DNA from: Geobacter metallireducens GS-15
GTDB lineage: Bacteria > Desulfobacterota > Desulfuromonadia > Geobacterales > Geobacteraceae
Assembly (NCBI RefSeq): GCF_000012925.1
Contig: NC_007517.1
Span: 720,001-752,000, forward strand
Length of the DNA: 32,000 bases
Reading direction: 5' to 3'
Positions 26,445 to 32,000 of this stretch are shown piece by piece. The position numbers and the translations under genes were made by a program. The notes beneath the pieces were generated by a model that saw only the letters and a list, made by a program, of their open reading frames with translations, had not been told where the DNA came from and ran no database searches. Within the stretch, counting starts at the first letter, position 1; each line of letters begins with the position of its first letter.

Positions 26445-27371
26445 TTATTCGCGAAGGGGCGTTGACAGGGCGATTAGGCGAGTAGAAAGCTCTGCGATTT
26501 CGGCCATGGTTTTTCGATCCATTTTCTTTAGCCACCTTTGGGGAATTCCCTCCATCCCGTAGAATGCCCCGGCCACCATGCCGCAGATGGCACCGGTGGT
26601 GTCGGCATCCCCCCCCTGGTTCACGGTTCCCACGAGGCATTCCTCGAAGCTGCGTCCCCGGAAGAAATGGTGGAAAACGGTCTGTACGGTGTCGGCCACG
26701 TAGCCGGTGGCGAGTCCCCGGTAAGGGGTGAAGGTGAAGGCGGGAAGGTCGGCGACGAGGAGGTCTGCCTCCCGGTGGAGACGGTTCTTGGATGCGCCTC
26801 GGAGCGCCAGGTGGACGATGCGCCCGAGGGTGATGCAGGCGGCGTCGGAAAGGGGGTGGTTGTGGGTGATGCGGGCCTGCTCCAGGGCGCAGCGCTGCAG
26901 GAGGTCATCGTCGCCGAGGGTGTAGAGGGCCGCCGGGAGCATCCGCATGGCGGCGCCATTGCCGGCGTCCCACTGGTTGAAGGGGGTTTCGAGGCTTCCC
27001 TTGAGCATGAAGTTCCGGATGCCCCGGCGACAGGTGTCCCCCACATCCACCGGTTTTGTCCTGAGCCATCCGGCGAACTCTTCGGCGATGCCGCGCAGGG
27101 ACCATCCGCCAGCGGCAACGATGGCCCGGGCCACGCAGAGAGACATCTCGGTGTCGTCGGTCACCTGGCCCGGTTTGAGCCGCAGCCATCCGCCACCGAC
27201 GATCTCCCGCAGGACGCCGTACTTGGACCGTATCTCCCCGGCCGTCATGAATTCCACCGGCGCGCCGAGGGCGTCTCCCACCGCCAGCCCGATGAAGGCG
27301 GCCCGGGCCCGGGAGCGGATATCGTGATGATCGAGGAGGTGGGGCATGGTGGAAGGTGCTGCAATAAACAA
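26445..27371 (-). CDS. draG: ADP-ribosyl-[dinitrogen reductase] glycohydrolase (DraG, ARH family)
   Basis: Contains FIGLAVGDALGAPVEF, TDDTEM and GGDADTTGAICGMVAGAFYG. The start is uncertain: TTG at 27371 or ATG at 27347. Confidence 0.8.
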   Translation of the reverse strand: MFIAAPSTMPHLLDHHDIRSRARAAFIGLAVGDALGAPVEFMTAGEIRSKYGVLREIVGGGWLRLKPGQVTDDTEMSLCVARAIVAAGGWSLRGIAEEFAGWLRTKPVDVGDTCRRGIRNFMLKGSLETPFNQWDAGNGAAMRMLPAALYTLGDDDLLQRCALEQARITHNHPLSDAACITLGRIVHLALRGASKNRLHREADLLVADLPAFTFTPYRGLATGYVADTVQTVFHHFFRGRSFEECLVGTVNQGGDADTTGAICGMVAGAFYGMEGIPQRWLKKMDRKTMAEIAELSTRLIALSTPLRE

Positions 27372-27561
27372 GCCTTGGTGGAACGAGGTGTTGTGGGCGC
27401 AAGGTGGCGGGTTGGCGAAGCAGCGGGGGTAACTCCTTGCTCGCGTTGTTGCCTGTTTTTTAATCCACCGTGGAAAAAACGGGCAGAAAAATAATTTTTA
27501 GCATGACTAAAAAACCGCTAGATGTAAGGCGTTACAGTCACTTCCTCGGTTAGGGACGATC

Positions 27562-27577
27562 TGGCACGCTTCATGTT
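27562..27577 (+). promoter_or_regulatory. sigma54-like promoter of nifB with a degenerate -12 element
   Basis: TGGCAC-GCTTC-ATGTT. The -24 element is perfect, but the -12 position reads GT instead of GC. Confidence 0.4.
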
Positions 27578-27630
27578 AATGGATAAGCAAAGGCCACACG
27601 ACGAAGTGTGGAGAGGAAGACAGGCACAGG

Positions 27631-27664
27631 AGCCCGGCGCGAGAAATCCGCCGGGCTTTTTTTC
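27631..27664 (+). terminator. Intrinsic terminator/attenuator inside the nifB leader
   Basis: AGCCCGGCG-cgagaaatc-CGCCGGGCT (9 bp) followed by a T run (TTTTTTT counting the last stem T). It is preceded by the hexaloop hairpin CCACAC-GACGAA-GTGTGG (27594-27611) and CAGGCA (27621-27626). Confidence 0.75.
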
Positions 27665-27697
27665 GTTCAGGCAGCCCATTCGGGCACGGAGGCAGAG

Positions 27698-28570
27698 ATG
27701 GCCACATCATGCGACCAGTTGAAGAAGATCCAGGGGCACCCCTGCTTCGGCGGCAACCACCACAAGAACGGCCGGATGCACCTGGCCGTGGCGCCCCGCT
27801 GCAACATCAAGTGCGGCTACTGCACCCGCAGGCACGACTGCGCCAACGAGTCCCGCCCCGGCGTCACGAGCCGGCTTATCACTCCCGCCGAGGCCATCGC
27901 CAAGGTTCGCGAGGTGATGGCGAGCTCGGTGATGGGGCCCATCATCAAGGTGATCGGCATTGCCGGCCCCGGCGACCCCTTGGCCAACGAAGAGACTTTC
28001 GAGACGTTCCGCCTCGTGGGGGAAGAGTTCCCGCATCTCATGAAGTGCATGAGCACCAACGGGCTCCTCCTCCCTGACGCCATCGAGCGGCTCCACCAAC
28101 TGGACCTCCACAGCCTCACCGTTACCCTCAACGCCCTCGATCCGGCGGTGGGGGCGCGGATTTACGGACACATCAGCTATCAAGGCCAGGTTTTTCGGGG
28201 CGTCGAGGCGGCGGAGATCCTGGTGGCCAACCAGCTGGAGGGGATCCGGCGGGCCGTGGGATACGGGATGACGGTGAAGGTGAACACCGTCTACATCCCC
28301 GGGGTCAACGAGGAGCAGGTGCCCCTTATCGGAAGAAAAATCAAGGAGCTCGGCGCCTTTGTCATGAATATAATGCCGCTCATACCCCAGGCTGATTTCG
28401 CCCATATCAGCCCGCCGCCGCCCGAAGAGCTGGACCGGGTGCGGCAGCGAAACGAGTCGATCATCGGCCAGTTCAAGCACTGCCGCCAGTGCCGGGCCGA
28501 CGCCGTGGGGCTCATCGGCCGGGATGCCACCGTGACGGAGTCTGGCACTCCGCTTACCGTTGCCGTTTGA
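27698..28570 (+). CDS. nifB: NifB, radical-SAM domain only (no C-terminal NifX-like domain)
   Basis: 290 aa from the ATG at 27698 (GGAGG RBS). Contains HPCFGGNHHKNGRMHLAVAPRCNIKCGYCTR and the CxxxCxxC motif. Confidence 0.92.
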   Translation: MATSCDQLKKIQGHPCFGGNHHKNGRMHLAVAPRCNIKCGYCTRRHDCANESRPGVTSRLITPAEAIAKVREVMASSVMGPIIKVIGIAGPGDPLANEETFETFRLVGEEFPHLMKCMSTNGLLLPDAIERLHQLDLHSLTVTLNALDPAVGARIYGHISYQGQVFRGVEAAEILVANQLEGIRRAVGYGMTVKVNTVYIPGVNEEQVPLIGRKIKELGAFVMNIMPLIPQADFAHISPPPPEELDRVRQRNESIIGQFKHCRQCRADAVGLIGRDATVTESGTPLTVAV

Positions 28571-28577
28571 GGCTGGC

Positions 28578-29387
28578 ATGAGGATCAGGCCCTTTTATCC
28601 CGATGACGTTTCCCTGTTTCTAGCCCTTGCCGCCGCCGAGGGGTGGATCAGCGACCCGTGGGAGTTTGCATTCATCCTCGAAAGCTTTCCCTGTGGTTGC
28701 CTCGCCGTGGAGGAAAACGGGCGGCCCGTGGCGTTCGCCACCGCGGTCCGCTACGGCGCGAGCGGGTGGATCGGCAATCTGATCGTGGCGGAGGAGTATC
28801 GCGGACGGGGATACGGAACCCTCCTCATGGGCCGAGCCATGGACCAGCTTCTGGACTCCGGAGCCAGGACCGTCTGGCTCACCGCGTCGGCGCAGGGACG
28901 TCCCCTTTACGAGAAAATGGGGTTCCGGGAAATGGACGGCGTGGTTCGCTGGTGCGGAACGGCCACGGGGGGGACGCAATGGCACGATGACCCCGTTGCT
29001 CCGGACGAATTGGTTCCCCTCGATCGTGCCGGATGGGGTGATGACCGCAGGTGTGTCCTGAGTGCCGTGGCTGCTCGAGGAATAGTGCTGCGGGAGAACG
29101 GAGGCTTCCTGGTGACCCAGCCGTGCGGAAGCGGCTTCCAGCTGGGCCCTTGGGCGGCAGAGGGGCGGGGCGTTGCCGGGGAGCTCCTGGGGCGGGCGCT
29201 CTCCCGCCTGCAGGGGGGGGCGCAGGTTCTCCTCGACGTGCCGGTCCGCAATGGTGCCGCCGCCTCTGTTCTCGCTCATGCCGGCTTTGCCGCCTGCGGG
29301 CGGACGGTCCTCATGTGCGTGGGTGACGAGCCGGCCTATAAGCCGGAAAAGATTTTCGCCCTTGCCACATTGGGGAGCGTGGGGTGA
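28578..29387 (+). CDS. GNAT-family N-acetyltransferase
   Basis: Contains IGNLIVAEEYRGRGYGTLLMGRAMDQL...YEKMGF (acetyl-CoA binding motif A). ATG at 28578. The track ORF begins at a TTG that overlaps the end of nifB. Confidence 0.7.
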   Translation: MRIRPFYPDDVSLFLALAAAEGWISDPWEFAFILESFPCGCLAVEENGRPVAFATAVRYGASGWIGNLIVAEEYRGRGYGTLLMGRAMDQLLDSGARTVWLTASAQGRPLYEKMGFREMDGVVRWCGTATGGTQWHDDPVAPDELVPLDRAGWGDDRRCVLSAVAARGIVLRENGGFLVTQPCGSGFQLGPWAAEGRGVAGELLGRALSRLQGGAQVLLDVPVRNGAAASVLAHAGFAACGRTVLMCVGDEPAYKPEKIFALATLGSVG

Positions 29388-29440
29388 ATATAAATTTTAT
29401 TCACAATAAAAAATATGCCTAAAATTTGAGCAAACTATTC

Positions 29441-29470
29441 TTGAAATCGAATTTGATTTTTTGATATTAT
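29441..29470 (+). promoter_or_regulatory. sigma70-type promoter upstream of etfB
   Basis: TTGAAA, an 18-nt spacer, then TATTAT, in an AT-rich spacer. Confidence 0.4.
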
Positions 29471-29551
29471 TATCTGCTGCTGAAGATGGAGGCAATGACC
29501 CGTTGACTCCGTCTCTAACTTTTGAGCCCTTCACCGGGCGGGAGGATTTTC

Positions 29552-30370
29552 ATGCTCGCCATTGCCTGTATCAAACAGGTGCCGGACACTACCCAGGTAA
29601 AGATTGATCCAGTCACCAACACCCTCGTCCGCGAGGGGATCCCGTTCATCGTCAACCCGTACGACACCCATGCCCTGGAGGAGAGCCTCCGGATCAAGGA
29701 CCGCTTCGGCTTCCGGGCCGTGGCCCTCTCCATGGGTCCACCCAACGCCGAGGCCGCTCTTCGCAAGGCCCTCTCCATGGGGGCCGATGATGCCATTCTC
29801 TGCTCCGACCGCTGCTTCGGCGGCGCCGATACCCTCTCCACGAGCAATGTACTCGCCGCTGCCATCAAGCGGATCGCCCAGGAGACCGGGGAAGAGGTGG
29901 GGATCGTCTTCTGCGGCAAACAGACTATCGACGGCGACACCGCCCAGGTGGGCCCCGGCATTGCCGTGCGCCTCGGCTTTACCCCGCTGACCCTCGTGGA
30001 CCGCATCGAGGCACTGGACCCGGTCAACCGACGGATCAAGGTCCGGCGCAAGCTGGAAGGACGCTACGAGGTCGTTGAAGCCTCCCTGCCGGTCATGATA
30101 ACCGCCGTGCGGGAGCTGAACCGCCCCCGCTACCCCTCCGTTCCCATGCGCCTTGCTGCCGCCGATGCCCAGGTAACGGTCTGGACCAACGAGGTGCTGC
30201 GGATGGACGTGAACAGCGTTGGCCTCAAGGGGTCACCCACCTGGGTGAGCCGAATCTTCTCCCCCGAGCGGGACAAGGGGGAGATCATCGGCGACGGCAT
30301 GGCCGATCCGACGGGAACGGCCCGCCTGCTCATCGACCAGCTGCTGGCGAAGGATCTGCTGGCGGTGTGA
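29552..30370 (+). CDS. etfB: Electron transfer flavoprotein beta subunit (FixA/EtfB)
   Basis: MLAIACIKQVPDTTQVKIDPVTNTLVREGIPFIVNPYDTHALEE. ATG at 29552 with GGAGG RBS. Confidence 0.9.
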   Translation: MLAIACIKQVPDTTQVKIDPVTNTLVREGIPFIVNPYDTHALEESLRIKDRFGFRAVALSMGPPNAEAALRKALSMGADDAILCSDRCFGGADTLSTSNVLAAAIKRIAQETGEEVGIVFCGKQTIDGDTAQVGPGIAVRLGFTPLTLVDRIEALDPVNRRIKVRRKLEGRYEVVEASLPVMITAVRELNRPRYPSVPMRLAAADAQVTVWTNEVLRMDVNSVGLKGSPTWVSRIFSPERDKGEIIGDGMADPTGTARLLIDQLLAKDLLAV

Positions 30371-30374
30371 TGAT

Positions 30375-30477
30375 GTTCGATCGCTGACGCTCGTTGATGT
30401 GCTTCGCACGTTCGTGCGGCGAGCGCCGCGTTCGAAACGTTCGAGACGAAGTAAACGAACGAGCGAAGTGATCAAAC
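30375..30477 (+). repeat. ~100-nt rod-like imperfect palindrome in the etfB-etfA spacer
   Basis: Outer stems: 30375-30395 pairs with 30458-30477, including a perfect 8 bp CGCTCGTT/AACGAGCG. Inner stems: CTTCG/CGAAG, and GCGGCG-ag-CGCCGC at the tip. Built from reiterated GTTCG/CGAAC/CGAAG pentamers. Confidence 0.5.
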
Positions 30478-30515
30478 GCGCGAAGCGCCCGAACAAGAAT
30501 ACGGAGTATTCACCC

Positions 30516-31847
30516 ATGACTGAACCAAAGAAGATAAAGAAGCCCCGGGGCACAGCCCGGCCCATCCCGGGAAAGTGCATCGCCTGCGGCGCCCGGTGCC
30601 AGAGCGCCTGCCCCGTGGATGCCATAGAGATGAGCGATGCGGGGGAACCGATCATCCTCTCCGAGAAGTGCATCGGCTGCCTTAAATGCGTGAAGGTCTG
30701 CCCCGCCGATGCCCTGGAGATGTTCTTCACCCCCGAGGAACTGAAGATTCTGGAGGAACTGGCCAGGCAGCAGGCCGCCGGAGCGGCCCCCGCTGTCGAG
30801 GAAGAGGACGCCGAGGAGGCCGCCCTGGCGCAGATGCTCGCCGCTTACCGGGGGGTCTGGGTCTTTGTGGAGCAGACCGAAGGGGAGCCCGCCAAGGTCT
30901 CCTGGGAGCTGATGGGGGTCGGTGCCCAACTGGCCCGGGACATCGGCACCGAACTCTGCGCCATCGTCATCGGCCACGGCGTGGAGCACCTTTGCCGCGA
31001 GGCCTTCAGCTACGGCGCCACCAAGGCGTACCTCATGGACCAGGACGTCTTCCGCTTCTACCGCACCGAGCCCTACCTCGACGCCTGCTGCCACCTGATC
31101 GACAAATACAAGCCCGAGATTATCCTCATGGGGGCCACCGGCATGGGGCGCGACCTTGCCGGGGCCGTTGCCACGCGGGTCAAGACCGGCCTCACCGCCG
31201 ACTGCACCGGCCTCGACGTGGACGACAAGCGGAACCTCCGCCAGACCCGCCCCGCCTTCGGTGGCAACATCATGGCCACCATCATGTGCGACAAGTTCCG
31301 TCCGCAGATGGCCACGGTCCGCCCCCACGTGATGCCGATGCCCGAACGGATGGAAGGCGCCACCGGCGCGATCGTCCGGGAGCAGATTACCCTCAACGAG
31401 GCCGACATCCTCACCAAGGTCATTGAAATCATCAGGGACACGAAGGTAGGGGTCGACATCGCCGGGGCCGAGTTCATCGTTTCCGGCGGGCGCGGCCTGA
31501 TGGGACCGGAGAACTTCGCCATGCTCCAGGAGTTGGCCGATGAGCTGGGGGGGGTGGTCGGCGCGTCGCGCAGCGCCGTGGACGCCGGCTGGATGCCCCA
31601 CGACCGCCAGGTCGGGCAGACCGGCAAGACCGTGCGCCCAAAGATCTACATAGCCTGCGGCATCTCCGGCGCCATCCAGCATCTCGTCGGAATGCAGGAT
31701 TCCGACGTGGTCATCGCCATAAACCGCGACAAGGAGGCCCCCATCTTCCAGGTGGCCACCTATGGCATCGTGGGAGACCTGTTCAAAATCGTCCCGGCCA
31801 TCACCAGCCAACTGCGGGAACTGAAAGCATCGAAAAGAAAGGGCTGA
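30516..31847 (+). CDS. etfA: Electron transfer flavoprotein alpha subunit (FixB/EtfA) with an N-terminal 2x[4Fe-4S] ferredoxin domain
   Basis: 443 aa from the ATG at 30516. Cluster motifs are [13 protein letters not shown] and [12 protein letters not shown]. An Ala/Glu-rich linker follows, then the EtfA core (VWVFVEQ..., [24 protein letters not shown]). Confidence 0.9.
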   Translation: MTEPKKIKKPRGTARPIPGKCIACGARCQSACPVDAIEMSDAGEPIILSEKCIGCLKCVKVCPADALEMFFTPEELKILEELARQQAAGAAPAVEEEDAEEAALAQMLAAYRGVWVFVEQTEGEPAKVSWELMGVGAQLARDIGTELCAIVIGHGVEHLCREAFSYGATKAYLMDQDVFRFYRTEPYLDACCHLIDKYKPEIILMGATGMGRDLAGAVATRVKTGLTADCTGLDVDDKRNLRQTRPAFGGNIMATIMCDKFRPQMATVRPHVMPMPERMEGATGAIVREQITLNEADILTKVIEIIRDTKVGVDIAGAEFIVSGGRGLMGPENFAMLQELADELGGVVGASRSAVDAGWMPHDRQVGQTGKTVRPKIYIACGISGAIQHLVGMQDSDVVIAINRDKEAPIFQVATYGIVGDLFKIVPAITSQLRELKASKRKG

Positions 31848-31932
31848 TGGATAAAGGTCAAGGGAGTTCGCTCCATTCTCTTTAACCCCAGGCCCAAAAA
31901 CTAGCCCTTAGATTGGCACCGAAAGGTTCGCT

Positions 31933-32000
31933 ATGACCATTTTCACTCCACTGTTCCTCATTGCCATCGGCGTCTTCATCTGGCAGTGCGGCAAGAAACT
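31933..32000 (+). CDS. Start of a membrane protein gene (truncated by the window edge)
   Basis: ATG at 31933 after GAAAGG. MTIFTPLFLIAIGVFIWQCGKK is a hydrophobic helix. Only 22 codons are visible. Confidence 0.35.
   Translation, partial: MTIFTPLFLIAIGVFIWQCGKK

Noticed and set aside
26538-27494. 318-aa plus-strand ORF antisense to draG
   Set aside because: Gly/Val/Glu/His-rich shadow of draG with no start signals.
27707-28579. 290-aa minus-strand ORF antisense to nifB
   Set aside because: Shadow of nifB.
30399-30515. Arg/Lys/Ser-rich 39-codon N-terminal extension of etfA in the track ORF
   Set aside because: It translates the palindromic spacer element. The real start at 30516 has an RBS (ACGGAG) and begins right before the ferredoxin domain.
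30510-31811. 433-aa minus-strand ORF antisense to etfA
   Set aside because: Shadow frame.

Overview
High-GC (roughly 60-65% by eye) nitrogen-fixation (nif) cluster of the Geobacter/Desulfuromonadales type. Gene order, left to right:
- truncated HlyD-type adaptor (-)
- REC-ANTAR response regulator (+)
- carB (-)
- nifH-nifD-nifK (+)
- a low-GC insert carrying an orphan nucleotidyltransferase-fold gene (+)
- multi-PAS histidine kinase (-)
- two rubrerythrins (-)
- fused nifEN (+)
- an IS110-family insertion sequence sitting inside a REP-like hairpin
- nifX, nif-type ferredoxin, a second NifX-like gene and draT (+)
- Type III restriction-modification genes (res, mod), a ParE/Phd toxin-antitoxin pair, a pentaheme cytochrome c and draG (all -)
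- single-domain nifB, a GNAT acetyltransferase, etfB and a ferredoxin-fused etfA (+).

Main points:
1. nifH, nifEN and nifB each have a sigma54-type promoter followed by an intrinsic terminator in the 5' leader. The nifH and nifEN leaders share a near-identical ~20-nt box and a bulged-A terminator stem. This fits ANTAR (GnfR-type) antitermination by the response regulator encoded at 438-1046.
2. The ~1160-bp IS110 element has a ~178-nt non-coding left end that folds into two paralogous internal-loop hairpins. Their single-stranded flanks match the insertion site (GTTGCT / CACAGAG versus target GTTGCT|CTGTG) and the element's own right end (ACGGTTGCT). This is a bridge-RNA-like architecture. 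An unoccupied copy of the target lies in the nifD-nifK spacer.
3. There are low-GC patches: the nucleotidyltransferase island, with an orphan terminator and short tandem repeats, and the central third of the Type III mod gene.

No rRNA, tRNA or CRISPR array was seen. Many long ORFs in the track are antisense or out-of-frame shadows of the real genes, as expected in GC-rich DNA.
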